Of a DNA stretch of 64,000 nucleotides, positions 8,850 to 19,362 are shown in pieces. This DNA comes from a virus (Duplodnaviria; Caudoviricetes). Both the position numbers and the translations under genes were made by a program. How positions within the stretch are numbered: position 1 is the stretch's first letter; each line of letters starts with the position of its first letter. The notes under the pieces are model-generated. The model did no database searches. It was given only the letters and a program-made list of their open reading frames with translations, and had not been told where the DNA came from. Where the stretch lies: positions 32,001 to 96,000 of IMG/VR virus record IMGVR_UViG_3300021431_000005; one strand, written 5' to 3'.

Positions 8850-10865
8850 TTAGAAACGTGAAGCGAGCGGTTTACACGAAAGTGTTGTCGATACACTCCA
8901 ATCTGACGAACCAAATAAACCATACGCACCAAGAGCAGAGCAACCCGCATTATAAACAGTCATTGCTCCACATATAGCACAGTTAGCCTGAGAATCACTA
9001 CGATACTGGTCGGTATAATAAGTCGAGCTAGAACCTCCTGTTGCAACTGGAATACAGCCAAAATCTCCCACCATCATTTTGGTTATCCAACCTACTGTTG
9101 GTTTGCTTACAACTATTTCTGTGTAACCTGTACCAGCATGATTATATGGCGCAGTCATTTTATACAAATAACCATTAGCAGTCGGCATGAATCCAGCAAT
9201 ACGTCTCCAAGCTGTACCCCACCAATTCTCCATTCCAAAAGTTTTAACGCCCATATCTCCATTAGACAATTTACCAAAGAACAGTCCTCTATTGTTTAAT
9301 GAACCAGAAACATATTGGTCTTTTAAATCTTTTAATTCGCTGATACTGCTCATTTCGTTATTGCCTACTAAACCCATTCCAAATTTGCTTTGAGAATCAA
9401 ACGAATGAGAAATAAGGAAATGGAGTGCGTTTATCAGCATTCTGTCACACCATACATCTACATACCACTCAATATCAGATGTTGTATTATTTGCGACCGC
9501 TCGTTCAAGCTCTTCAAAACCAGTAGTATTTCCGCAACCACTATCATCATTCAAAGTTACACCTGAAAGCGATCTGAGTTTTGTAGTCCCTGTACCATTA
9601 TAAATGGCTGTATAGAAATGAGGGATAATATCCCCGTTCACATCTTTATTACAGGGACAGTCATACGTGCTGTCGACCTGCTTATTGGCAACATAAAAAC
9701 TCCATTCGCCGTCAACAGTTCCTGCTTCAAACTTAAACCAAATCAATCCCCACTCCATCATAGCATTACCGTCATAAGCAGTATTGTTAATATCAGAGGG
9801 AGTACCGTCTATTTTTTTACTGTAATCATTAGGATTCAGATAATAGTCTACCGTACCATTTGATTTAAGCATACAAGGTTTCGGCATAAAGAAAGCATTT
9901 TTCCATGAACCATAATTGAATGTAGCAGCCCCCATACCAGCAGGAGTCATGCCAATAGCACTTTCCAAATATGTAATTTTTTCGTAAGGATCGCTTTCGT
10001 CCGGGTCAACACTAAATCCGTAAACAATTTCAGGCTCGACATCTTCACCGTCTGTAATAAAATAAACTTTATCGTCAGTGAACTTACTATCAGGTAACGC
10101 TTCGTATTCGTCCATTGTTAAGTCGATGTGTTCGGGGTCATTCTCCTGCACTTGTATTTCTATCCACTCATACCCATTTTCACCCTCGACACATTTATAG
10201 AAATATCCGTTAGTATAAGTATCATCTGTGTCACCTATAAACTGATATATCTTATTGGCATAATATTCAGCGGCTTCGGGTATTGTTTCAATCTGTGTAG
10301 CCTTGACGTATAATCCATCGTCAATATACACCTCTATTGCATTGTCGGGATAATTAGCAATAGGAATACTCTGAACGCCAATCTCTTTCCAATTGTAGCT
10401 AACCACACCCGTGTCAGGGTCAGTCAACTTGTAATTGCGATAAAAGTGTCCCGTTAGTAGAAGTCCTGTAGTATCACCGATGTACTGATAAATGATTCCC
10501 TCATTATCCTCAGTTGGTTCGGGAAGCTGTTCGATCTGTACCGTCCTAGAATAAATGCCGTCAGACAGTTCAACGATTGAGTTATCCCCTTTCTCAGAAA
10601 TGTGTGTGGAGTTTTGTATCTCAACAGGAATCCATTTATAAATAGCATCACCAGTGTCCTCGTCAATTTCCGACACACACTTATAGAAATAAGCGTTGGT
10701 GTAATCGGTATCGGTGTCACCAATATACTGACTAACCTCTCCTAGCAAATCAACCGAAGCGGTCGGCATTACCGTATAGTGAGTAATCTTTTTCACAAGT
10801 CTTGCATGGATGGTGTTGATGAGATTTTGTAAAGTATTCTTATTAGTCCAATCAATATTAGGCAT
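8850..10865 (-). CDS. Receptor-binding protein: 3 shared repeats plus C-terminal Mtd/CLec(FGE-sulfatase)-like domain
   Basis: VKTFGMENWWGTAW...GGSSSTYYTD...LSCKP C-terminus typical of CLec-fold phage RBPs. Confidence 0.65.
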   Translation of the reverse strand: MPNIDWTNKNTLQNLINTIHARLVKKITHYTVMPTASVDLLGEVSQYIGDTDTDYTNAYFYKCVSEIDEDTGDAIYKWIPVEIQNSTHISEKGDNSIVELSDGIYSRTVQIEQLPEPTEDNEGIIYQYIGDTTGLLLTGHFYRNYKLTDPDTGVVSYNWKEIGVQSIPIANYPDNAIEVYIDDGLYVKATQIETIPEAAEYYANKIYQFIGDTDDTYTNGYFYKCVEGENGYEWIEIQVQENDPEHIDLTMDEYEALPDSKFTDDKVYFITDGEDVEPEIVYGFSVDPDESDPYEKITYLESAIGMTPAGMGAATFNYGSWKNAFFMPKPCMLKSNGTVDYYLNPNDYSKKIDGTPSDINNTAYDGNAMMEWGLIWFKFEAGTVDGEWSFYVANKQVDSTYDCPCNKDVNGDIIPHFYTAIYNGTGTTKLRSLSGVTLNDDSGCGNTTGFEELERAVANNTTSDIEWYVDVWCDRMLINALHFLISHSFDSQSKFGMGLVGNNEMSSISELKDLKDQYVSGSLNNRGLFFGKLSNGDMGVKTFGMENWWGTAWRRIAGFMPTANGYLYKMTAPYNHAGTGYTEIVVSKPTVGWITKMMVGDFGCIPVATGGSSSTYYTDQYRSDSQANCAICGAMTVYNAGCSALGAYGLFGSSDWSVSTTLSCKPLASRF

Positions 10866-10870
10866 TTATA

Positions 10871-12373
10871 TCACACTCCTTCTGCGTTAGCCCACATAGC
10901 GTTAATCTCAGCTAACGTTATTTCAGTCAAGTCCTCATACTTTATATATCCTGAGAGGTCAAGCTCAGTGTCGCCAATTTTTTCCCAACCCGAAGTTGTA
11001 CCATCGAGGTTAATATATTCGGTTTTGATATTTTGGTTTTCTCTACTAACTGCGTTTACAGTTACAGCGGAATATGTATCATCGTCAATATACCCCTTAA
11101 TGGTTTCTGCATCGGCTCCTGTAACGTTCTCAGCGAATATATAATATCCCGCAGTAGAGTCATAGGTGTACTTGTCATATGCGGGAGTAGTATCGTCACC
11201 AGCAGAAACATACACATCACTATTTGCTGTACCATTGTAATAGCCATTTACAGCATTCAACTTAGGCACAAGATAAATAGCGTTAGTTTTAATATCCGTT
11301 GTTGGCAGAGTTGGCACAACGATAAAGTGTCCCGCAAGTTCGATAAGTTCATCAATCTCTTCTTTATTGTAAGTTAGCTTAGTCCAAGCTGCACCAGTAG
11401 TAGAATCATAAGTTCCAATGTAGTAGTCGCCTTGAACATAATCAACGGTTGTTGCGCCAGTGTACATTAAAATTTTCCCTGTATATGCCACATCGGGTAT
11501 CGGCATTACACTTGCCTGAGAAGCAGGAACATACAAGCCATCTGCCACTTCAACAAGAGCATTGAAGTCATCCGCTGAAATATGTGTCGAGTTCTGAACT
11601 TCTACGGGTTTCCACGAATAAGTAGTTATACCGCCCTCACTTTCGGCTACGCATTTATAAAAATAACCATTGGTAAGACTTGCCGTTGTAGCCCCTGTGT
11701 ACTGTACGATCGTTCCAACCATACCCAAGTTTGCTATCGGGAGCGTATCAGACTGTATACTGAACGAATATAACTTTCCGTCCCTGTATACCAAAGAATT
11801 AAACACATCGTCCGAAAGTTCCAGTGGGTCAGCAATTTCTTTTTCAACCCATGAGTATGTACCACTATCGGAATCGTAAACATTCTGATAGAATTTACCG
11901 TTTGTATACTCAGCCGTTGTTGCGCCAACGTACTGATAAATTCTACCAATGTTAGTAGCCATTGGTGTAGGGAGAACTGAAACCTGAACCTCGTGTTCTT
12001 TCAAGGTAACATACAAACCGTTGCTTGTCACAGCATTTAAACTATCAGCGGTAGGCTCGCTGTCCATATTCATGATAGTAGTCGTACCATCGTTATTAGT
12101 AAATGTCCATGTGCCAGTCGTAGCATTCTTTTCAGCCTTTACAATAAAGTCTGTATTAGCTATTTTCCAATATGTACTGTTTTCGACAGTTTCATCACCA
12201 TTGATGATTTCAATATTTTCAGTATTGGTATTTACTCGTCCAAACAGAGTATCGAGATCGTAACTCTCAATATCACCCATGAGTTCTTTAAGTTCTTCAA
12301 TTATACGGTCGACCTCAGATAAACCACCAACTGCTTTAAGTCCTAAGATTCTCGCAAAATTATCCGCTGCCAT
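10871..12373 (-). CDS. Tail fibre-like protein with 3 copies of the shared repeat
   Basis: Repeat domain plus VPTLPTTDIKTNAIYLVP...WEKIGDTELDLSGY fibre module. Confidence 0.6.
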   Translation of the reverse strand: MAADNFARILGLKAVGGLSEVDRIIEELKELMGDIESYDLDTLFGRVNTNTENIEIINGDETVENSTYWKIANTDFIVKAEKNATTGTWTFTNNDGTTTIMNMDSEPTADSLNAVTSNGLYVTLKEHEVQVSVLPTPMATNIGRIYQYVGATTAEYTNGKFYQNVYDSDSGTYSWVEKEIADPLELSDDVFNSLVYRDGKLYSFSIQSDTLPIANLGMVGTIVQYTGATTASLTNGYFYKCVAESEGGITTYSWKPVEVQNSTHISADDFNALVEVADGLYVPASQASVMPIPDVAYTGKILMYTGATTVDYVQGDYYIGTYDSTTGAAWTKLTYNKEEIDELIELAGHFIVVPTLPTTDIKTNAIYLVPKLNAVNGYYNGTANSDVYVSAGDDTTPAYDKYTYDSTAGYYIFAENVTGADAETIKGYIDDDTYSAVTVNAVSRENQNIKTEYINLDGTTSGWEKIGDTELDLSGYIKYEDLTEITLAEINAMWANAEGV

Positions 12374-12406
12374 TTACAATCACCTCGCTTTTCGTTTATC
12401 AATTGA

Positions 12407-12619
12407 TTATCCTCTCTTGTGCCATATCTGATTTTCAATATCGAATATGTAAAAATGTCCAGTATCGACCTCGTAGAAAATAGAAAACTGAGGGACAAGA
12501 CATCCGCCCCATTTGAGTGGTTTTTCATCTGTCGAAAGTCCAGTCAGAAACAACTCTTTCTGATTTTTGTCGTCGCCCTGTGCGTTAAGCTGTACCATAT
12601 TATTCATACCACCTTTCAT
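12407..12619 (-). CDS. Small hypothetical virion-associated protein
   Basis: GLSTDEKP...FYEVDTG..Y.FD....W motif; real start probably an internal ATG. Confidence 0.55.
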   Translation of the reverse strand: MKGGMNNMVQLNAQGDDKNQKELFLTGLSTDEKPLKWGGCLVPQFSIFYEVDTGHFYIFDIENQIWHKRG

Positions 12620-12622
12620 AAC

Positions 12623-12652
12623 AAAAGGCTCTCATAGTTTCCCATGAGAGCC
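12623..12652 (-). terminator. Terminator after lysin
   Basis: GGCTCTCAT/ATGAGAGCC stem followed by TTTT. Confidence 0.6.
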
Positions 12653-12667
12653 ATAGCTTTTGATTTG

Positions 12668-14035
12668 TTACTTTAATTCTTTGTATATCTTATTGATAAA
12701 GTTCGTGCCTGCAATACCAGTCTGCTTATACCCCCACTTTTTAAGCAGAGCATTTATTACCTTGATACAACCATTGCCAATACCACTTGTATCGTCCATC
12801 TTGCCTTCAACTATTTTTCGATCGACCGCAAGTTTAAGCAGAGATTTGAGAGCAAGCGCCTGATAACCCTTGTCCCCTTTCTTGACTCCTGCGCTATCAA
12901 GAGTTTTGAGTTCTTCGGTTGCACTTGTACTATTCGTAGTTGTAGTAGTCGCTGGTTTAGCGTAGCCGTTAAGTCCTGCGTTTTTAATAATTGTTGGATA
13001 ATCGACATAGCAATAATCCACGTCAACATCTCCACTAATACCACTGACTCTGCCACTTGAACTATATTGCCACATACCATAATCACCTTTATAGTTACAA
13101 GACGGAGCGTATTCAGCAAGCCAAAGAGCGTATCTCGATGCTACATCTTTAGTAAGATAAGACTGAGCAGGGGAGCGTGAAATGTAAATGCCTGCAAAAT
13201 ATCCTGCCTTTTCAATAACATCACAAAACGCTTTGCATTTTCCTGACACATCTCCCGACAAAGCAGAACCTTCAATATCAAAGTAAATCGGATATTCAAA
13301 CTGTTTTCCTTTAATTACTTCAAGGCAGGCCTTAGCTTCTCTCTTGGCATCCTCAACTGATGATGCGTAACTAAACCAGTAAACCGAGCATTTTATTCCA
13401 TGTTTCTTGCATTCAGCATAGTTGCGTTCAAACGAACTGTCCACCTGATTGGTATATCTACCATAGCCTGCCTGCATAATAACGAAATCAACATCTTTCT
13501 TTACTTTTGCAAAATCGGGATTTCCCTGATAACGAGAAATGTCGACACCTTTAGTCGTACTCATTTTCCTGTCTCCTTTTGTTTCTGTGGTTTTCTTCGT
13601 CTTAATCATCGACTGGTCTTTTGGTCTGAGAACGCCGAGGACATGATTATAGTTGTGTCTAACCCTTTCAGTTGGGTGACACATCCCGTCCCAATTTTCT
13701 TCAAAGCTATAAAAATATGTAGTGTCGCCAACACCATCACAAATAGCTACATGACCAGCCTTTCCGTTGAGCGACTTCGCCCAAACAATAATATCGCCTT
13801 TCTGTGGGATAAATTCGGGTGTATTTGGTATGCGTGTAAAAAGATTTTTACTAGGCTGATTTTCAAAGTTTTCGTAAATCTCCCATGCGTACATACCTAC
13901 AAATGCCTTACCGCCAAGTACATTTACGCAATAATGGTTTGCAAGGTCAAAACATTGATAAGACCATTTTTTGTCATAGTCTATTCCGACACCATTGTAC
14001 TTCTTAAAATATTCATCAAATGTCATAAGTGCCAT
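12668..14035 (-). CDS. Endolysin: CHAP domain, GH25 muramidase and C-terminal cell-wall-binding domain
   Basis: YQCFDLA...GDIIVW...GHVAI (CHAP Cys/His); GVDISRYQG...YFDIE...MWQYSS (GH25). Start at ATG 14035 with GAGGTG RBS. Confidence 0.9.
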   Translation of the reverse strand: MALMTFDEYFKKYNGVGIDYDKKWSYQCFDLANHYCVNVLGGKAFVGMYAWEIYENFENQPSKNLFTRIPNTPEFIPQKGDIIVWAKSLNGKAGHVAICDGVGDTTYFYSFEENWDGMCHPTERVRHNYNHVLGVLRPKDQSMIKTKKTTETKGDRKMSTTKGVDISRYQGNPDFAKVKKDVDFVIMQAGYGRYTNQVDSSFERNYAECKKHGIKCSVYWFSYASSVEDAKREAKACLEVIKGKQFEYPIYFDIEGSALSGDVSGKCKAFCDVIEKAGYFAGIYISRSPAQSYLTKDVASRYALWLAEYAPSCNYKGDYGMWQYSSSGRVSGISGDVDVDYCYVDYPTIIKNAGLNGYAKPATTTTTNSTSATEELKTLDSAGVKKGDKGYQALALKSLLKLAVDRKIVEGKMDDTSGIGNGCIKVINALLKKWGYKQTGIAGTNFINKIYKELK

Positions 14036-14045
14036 AATCATCACC

Positions 14046-14465
14046 TCATTTTCCAAATATAGTCGGAGCGATTGTTCCAAGAATGAACGCTGCGATTCCT
14101 GTAATAATCAGTCCGACCACTTTGTTCTTTATGTCGTCATAGGTCTTAGCTTTTGAAAGAATGCTTTCGTTTTTTACCTCTGATAATTCTGTTTTCATCT
14201 CCGAACGCACTTCCGATAATTCAGTTCTCATTTCCGACTGTGACGTTTTCATTTCCGACTGCGATGCTTTCATATCATTTATATCATTTTTAAAATGTGT
14301 CATGTCCTGTGCAATGAGTTCTACCGAAGTTGCGATTTTGTTAAGAGCTTTGTTCTCTTCCTTCAATCCTTTTATATCTTCCTTGATTTCTTCTATCTGA
14401 TGAGTGTTGCTTTTTGAGCGTTCACTAGCTTCTGTAATCATCTGTACGTACTGTTCTTCCATCAC
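14046..14465 (-). CDS. XhlA/hemolysin-like lysis accessory membrane protein
   Basis: ERSKSNTHQIEE coiled coil plus single C-terminal TM helix, between holin and lysin. Confidence 0.7.
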   Translation of the reverse strand: MMEEQYVQMITEASERSKSNTHQIEEIKEDIKGLKEENKALNKIATSVELIAQDMTHFKNDINDMKASQSEMKTSQSEMRTELSEVRSEMKTELSEVKNESILSKAKTYDDIKNKVVGLIITGIAAFILGTIAPTIFGK

Positions 14466-14794
14466 TCGTCACCGCCTTTATCCTTTAAGGCGTTGTTGAG
14501 TTCGTATACCGCCGATTCAATGAGTGTTCTCAATTCGTCAGCATCAAGATAAATTCCTTTTTCTTCCAAAATCTTTGACACCTGTAATTCTGCTGTTGCA
14601 AGCTTGTCCTCACCATGAATATCTTTACAAGTCTGTTCGACAAACTTAACAGTGTCAGTTACAAATTTTCTTATCTCATCATTCTTTACACTCCGCTTTA
14701 TAGCAGAAGTAATTACACCAACACAGATTACCAGCATGAAATTGAGTAACGATGGTGCGAGAACTTTTGCTATTTCAATAATTATATCTTTCAT
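14462..14794 (-). CDS. Holin (LL-H family-like)
   Basis: N-terminal TM; VKFVEQ...GEDKL...LIESAVYELN. Confidence 0.8.
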   Translation of the reverse strand: MKDIIIEIAKVLAPSLLNFMLVICVGVITSAIKRSVKNDEIRKFVTDTVKFVEQTCKDIHGEDKLATAELQVSKILEEKGIYLDADELRTLIESAVYELNNALKDKGGDE

Positions 14795-15516
14795 TTGATA
14801 ATGCTCCTTTCCAAATTTTGAGTGACTATCTTTTTGTTATTGGTTTTTCCGAATGGATTATTTTTTATAAGTATGGTTTGTTCAGGAGGACTGCTGTACT
14901 TAAATCCCAATTGAATCCAATGTGAACCTGATGTGAGTGGTTTATATATTGGAACAACATTTGCAATCAATATCGAATGAGGCGGTTCAGTTTGAAAAAT
15001 GTCAATTAAACCCATTGATGCAGAATTATCATAAGGAGTTATTATAGACGTTCCTGAAACTTGTAATGCCAAATTATTCAACCCTAATTGCTGTGGCGGA
15101 TCATTGACACGATACTCCTGATATGCTGACCTCCCGTCATCATAACTGGTGCGCTTAATCCAATAAATAATATATTCGCCTGTTTGATAAGGGTCGATCT
15201 CCAATGATATTCTAACCGTGGCATACCCCCCACTACTGGCAGAATCATCATAAATATTATACTCATATGGTTCAAATATCCTATACTCTAATTCCTGATA
15301 TGCTCCCACATCTTCAATATAATACGGAGATATGTTATAATACAACATATCGTCCAAACCATACAACATTACAGTATGTCCAGAAACACTCGGTAATACA
15401 TTCCTTTCTGCTGTAACAGCACTATCTTCAACAGAGTACGTATATTTGATTTTATATTCATGTTCATTCTCTTTTAAAAGATAGGAGCGTTCAATGTCTA
15501 TCGGTAAATAATTCAT
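14791..15516 (-). CDS. Hypothetical protein
   Basis: ORF with GGAG RBS, coupled to neighbours. Confidence 0.6.
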   Translation of the reverse strand: MNYLPIDIERSYLLKENEHEYKIKYTYSVEDSAVTAERNVLPSVSGHTVMLYGLDDMLYYNISPYYIEDVGAYQELEYRIFEPYEYNIYDDSASSGGYATVRISLEIDPYQTGEYIIYWIKRTSYDDGRSAYQEYRVNDPPQQLGLNNLALQVSGTSIITPYDNSASMGLIDIFQTEPPHSILIANVVPIYKPLTSGSHWIQLGFKYSSPPEQTILIKNNPFGKTNNKKIVTQNLERSIIK

Positions 15517-15532
15517 ATAAATCGCTCCTATC

Positions 15533-16525
15533 TCATGTTGGATTTAATTCCGATTTCGTCAACGTAGTGATCGCGTAATTGTATTCCGCTTCATTCTTAA
15601 ATGGTATGTTAAACGTTCTTTGAGAAATTACGGAAACCGCAGGCTGAGAACCTTCATTGTCATTTCGAGCCACGCCAACCGCTCTACATACAACATATCC
15701 ATACGGATAGTATGTTGTAGGAGCGCATATTTGCTTTGTTAAAAGCGCAACGCCCAAATCATCAAAAGTAGTAAAATACGCCTTGTCACCGTTTGCCTTA
15801 CGCAATGTATACTGATCCGCACTTGTCGAGCCGCTTAAACATATATTATATATTTCATTGCCCTGTATCGGATCAGTATCTGCTTGCATTGTTATCTTAG
15901 TACACAACAAAACGTCTGCTCCCCAATTCCAGTTGACACCGCTTGGAGAATAAGTTGTATCACAAGTTCCAATAACAGCAGTATAAACACTTTGACTTCC
16001 CCATTTCCTTTCTGTACTAAGCAGGGAAGTAGGAATAGCAGTAACCCAATCATAAATATCAGAAACGCTATAGGTATTGTCATACGCTGTAACAAGTATT
16101 GGAATCTCGCTTGCTATGATAATATTCTTGGGATCGCCATATTTTACTTTAATGCTATTTTCAACATCAACATCGAACACCTCGGTTGACACCGTAAAAA
16201 TATCACTTTGATTTTCAAGCATTGCAACAGCATTAGTTATACTAAGCTGTCCCCTCTTAACATTCGGCAAACCATTTCGGATAGCAATATATCCGTTAGC
16301 AAGATTCGTCCAATAGTGAACCCACACCGAATCGCCCTCATACAAGTTCTCGCCAGTTTTATTCAACAGCGTAAGTGAACGCCCCATGCACTCGACAACC
16401 GCTTTGCCTCCGTCACCGATCACACTCGTTACTTTACCCGAGCATCTTTTAAGACTGTCTATTTCAGAAGTCTTGTCGCCAATCATAGAGGATAGGTAGT
16501 CGGTAAAATTTTTTATATCACTCAT
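15533..16525 (-). CDS. Putative tail tip/spike protein
   Basis: N-terminal OB-fold-like GKVTSV...LLNKTGENLYEGDSVWV; follows hub gene. Confidence 0.5.
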   Translation of the reverse strand: MSDIKNFTDYLSSMIGDKTSEIDSLKRCSGKVTSVIGDGGKAVVECMGRSLTLLNKTGENLYEGDSVWVHYWTNLANGYIAIRNGLPNVKRGQLSITNAVAMLENQSDIFTVSTEVFDVDVENSIKVKYGDPKNIIIASEIPILVTAYDNTYSVSDIYDWVTAIPTSLLSTERKWGSQSVYTAVIGTCDTTYSPSGVNWNWGADVLLCTKITMQADTDPIQGNEIYNICLSGSTSADQYTLRKANGDKAYFTTFDDLGVALLTKQICAPTTYYPYGYVVCRAVGVARNDNEGSQPAVSVISQRTFNIPFKNEAEYNYAITTLTKSELNPT

Positions 16526-19362
16526 AAATCATCGACTCCCTCAATTTCAGCTTCTGTAAGAGCAACAAACTGTATGCCCAATCTTTCAGCAAGAGCCTGA
16601 ACTGCTCCGTCAGCGACCCCATGTATTTTTAAATTCGCATTATTTCCGACAAATAATTTGTCAATGTAAGTATCGTCACTAATTGTAATATTGTCAGAGT
16701 AGAAATAAATATCTGTCAAAGAAGCATTACCGCATATAAAATTTGTATTATTTGTAGGAGCAATATATACAAAATCTGTAACCCTTAAAATTCTTAAATC
16801 TGCATTGCCACAAATTGTATAAGATGCCTGTGCGTTATGAACCAAGAAACCTTTTATAACAATTTCCTCAGTGCCGCTGATTCCCGCCCCGAAACCGCCG
16901 CTGTTGATAAGAGTTCCGATTTTCAAAACGCTACCAACAGACGAACCATTAAACATACTTGCGTTGTTGACCGTCTGTCCTGTGATCTCAACAGATTTTG
17001 CGGAGCTGGTAGAAAACATACTGCCAGTATTTTCAACACTTCCAATTTTTACAATTGTATTGGGAGAAGTTGTACCACAATAGAAGCTGTCTCTTGCCGT
17101 CTGAGTAGTAAGTTTACCGCTGACATCAATCGTGTTTTCATCTTCACTGTCATTCACAAACGAACTATAAACGTAACAGTTATTCATCGTGAAGTCGCCA
17201 TTGATAATTATAGTTGCGTGAATATTACTCATAACCATATATCCATTACTTGAAGCGGTATTGTTAATAGTTAAATTATGTTTAAACCAAACCTTTTCAA
17301 GACTTTCACAATGATAAATAAAGTACGCACGATTAGACGCATTATTAGACGATGGGCTATACGCACTTACAGTTAATGGAATTTCACCGAACACAATTTG
17401 CTTACAATCAGGAAGATTATAAAACGCATTCGCACTGTTGCCTGTTCCGACCCTTGTAAGAAAAGAAGCCAAATATTTCGGATAGTAAATATAATTAAGA
17501 CCATTTTTGTTTGACATAGCAGAATAATATAGATTTATTTCGTTGATGACATTCGGGTAGCTTAAACTATAAACATATCCGCTATAAACATTTGTGAGGT
17601 AAGTGTCTAAGTAAGCAGAATACGTTCCCTCAGTGGTGTAATTTTCTACCTCAAAATCTCCCTCGACAGTCTGGTTTACACTGAGCATAGAAGCGTTGTA
17701 ACCTTTTCCCATCGTGTAATATGTTTTGCCATCAATTACTGTTTTATCAACAGCTAATGGTGAATAGTTTTGAATAATTCTTTGTACATAATACAGTCTT
17801 TTACTCGGACAATTCCTAATACTCATTTTAAAAACTCTGTTTGCAGTACTCGCCCAATTAGCTTTTAGTTTTAGATTACCATGAGGATTCTCATGTGTAG
17901 AGTTGGCATAATAAATATTATCATCTTTGTCAGTCCAATAAGTGAACTCGTAACCCTCTTTTGAAAAATCGTCCAGTCGGTTTCCTTCGTCATATCCTCT
18001 TGATACCACAAAATTTTCGTCATTAGAAGAAACTAGGGTCGAGGGTACGAATCCAGTTCCACCGTTAGTATCATAACTTACAGAATACACAATCTCCCTC
18101 TTTTCTGTATACAGTGAATCTATGTAAATATCAGTATTCAGATATTTTAAGTTGGTTGCTTCTATGCTTATCTCACCAGTGTCCAGCGGATAAGTTATAG
18201 AATCAATAATAAATCCGTCACCATCCAAATTAAACTGTGGATCAGTAATCACGATGACATCACCACGGTTGAGATGTAGATACGGAATAGTGTTGAAGTG
18301 AACCTTTAAAGCCAAACAGGTTTCTTTCAACATTCTGTATTCGGCATAATCCTTACACCTTTTTTCAACCGAACCCTCACTGGGGTCGCCTGCATTTATG
18401 GTGATTACACCGCCATTTTCGGGAAGTGTTCTCGCACCTATTTTATCGTAACAAAGCGGAGAACGAGGATTGTGATTTATTGCCGTATATTGGGCGTTTT
18501 CGGTTTCCGTGTTATCCGTTGAAACAATTATTTTATTGACACCTTTCATGTCTGTCGATAAGCTGGGAGCAATGTAACCATGAATGTTACTGTCAAATTT
18601 ATGAGCAGGAGATTTAAAAGCATACCAATAAGGTATATCATCATTAAACACTCTTGTGATAACCAATCTTCCAAGAGCATCATAGAAAATATCGCAGCCG
18701 AAGCAAGTAGCAATTTCCGTAAAGAAGTCTCCGAAATAACTTCCTGCGCTCATAGTAAATTCTTTATATAAACATTGTTTTGCTATGTCAGGGTCAATAA
18801 GCGGTTCAATCGGGTCGAGAACAAATCCGTTTCCCAAGTCAAGCATCAGAATACTCTTGACACATTCTTCTATGTTTGTACCGATTTCAAAAACCGTGTC
18901 CATTTCGTCAGCCTGTAATACGTTTAAGTCACCGTTAAGCTGTGCATACTTATCAACTCCGCTTATGTCAACCGTGTGTGCCACACTGTCACAGCTTGCA
19001 GAAGAAGTGATGAACACACCTTTTGTAAACCAAAAAGTATTGGTATAATCAGTCAATCCAAGATACAATTTGAATTTTCGGTTGAACCAAAAGAAATTAT
19101 TTTCATCAATAGTGTATTTTTCGTTAACATTAATTAAAGTAAAAGAGCAGGATCGCTGACAACCCTGCTCATTATTTACAACTATACTGCCTGCGCTGCT
19201 GGAATCAATGTCTTGCTCTATCGAATCAATACAGTTCTCGAAATGGTCTAGTAATTCAATCTTCATTCTCATTGAGCGCACAGGCTTTTCAACCATATCA
19301 TAGTAACTCACGTTGCCATCGTTAGTAGTATCGTAGTATTCCAATAGACCACTTCCTTTCAA
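16522..19362 (-). CDS. Baseplate hub/Tal-like protein with InlB B-repeat and BspA/LRR-like C-terminus
   Basis: RSCSFTL...FYDALGRL...PYLHLNRGDVI hub fold; VSYDTNGGTG...F.YW...LKANW B-repeat; IHG..GAVQALAE end motif. Confidence 0.65.
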   Translation of the reverse strand: MKGSGLLEYYDTTNDGNVSYYDMVEKPVRSMRMKIELLDHFENCIDSIEQDIDSSSAGSIVVNNEQGCQRSCSFTLINVNEKYTIDENNFFWFNRKFKLYLGLTDYTNTFWFTKGVFITSSASCDSVAHTVDISGVDKYAQLNGDLNVLQADEMDTVFEIGTNIEECVKSILMLDLGNGFVLDPIEPLIDPDIAKQCLYKEFTMSAGSYFGDFFTEIATCFGCDIFYDALGRLVITRVFNDDIPYWYAFKSPAHKFDSNIHGYIAPSLSTDMKGVNKIIVSTDNTETENAQYTAINHNPRSPLCYDKIGARTLPENGGVITINAGDPSEGSVEKRCKDYAEYRMLKETCLALKVHFNTIPYLHLNRGDVIVITDPQFNLDGDGFIIDSITYPLDTGEISIEATNLKYLNTDIYIDSLYTEKREIVYSVSYDTNGGTGFVPSTLVSSNDENFVVSRGYDEGNRLDDFSKEGYEFTYWTDKDDNIYYANSTHENPHGNLKLKANWASTANRVFKMSIRNCPSKRLYYVQRIIQNYSPLAVDKTVIDGKTYYTMGKGYNASMLSVNQTVEGDFEVENYTTEGTYSAYLDTYLTNVYSGYVYSLSYPNVINEINLYYSAMSNKNGLNYIYYPKYLASFLTRVGTGNSANAFYNLPDCKQIVFGEIPLTVSAYSPSSNNASNRAYFIYHCESLEKVWFKHNLTINNTASSNGYMVMSNIHATIIINGDFTMNNCYVYSSFVNDSEDENTIDVSGKLTTQTARDSFYCGTTSPNTIVKIGSVENTGSMFSTSSAKSVEITGQTVNNASMFNGSSVGSVLKIGTLINSGGFGAGISGTEEIVIKGFLVHNAQASYTICGNADLRILRVTDFVYIAPTNNTNFICGNASLTDIYFYSDNITISDDTYIDKLFVGNNANLKIHGVADGAVQALAERLGIQFVALTEAEIEGVDDL

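Noticed and set aside
14200-14275. SQSEM(K/R)T 21-bp repeats in the XhlA-like gene
   Set aside because: Ordinary coiled-coil heptad expansion.
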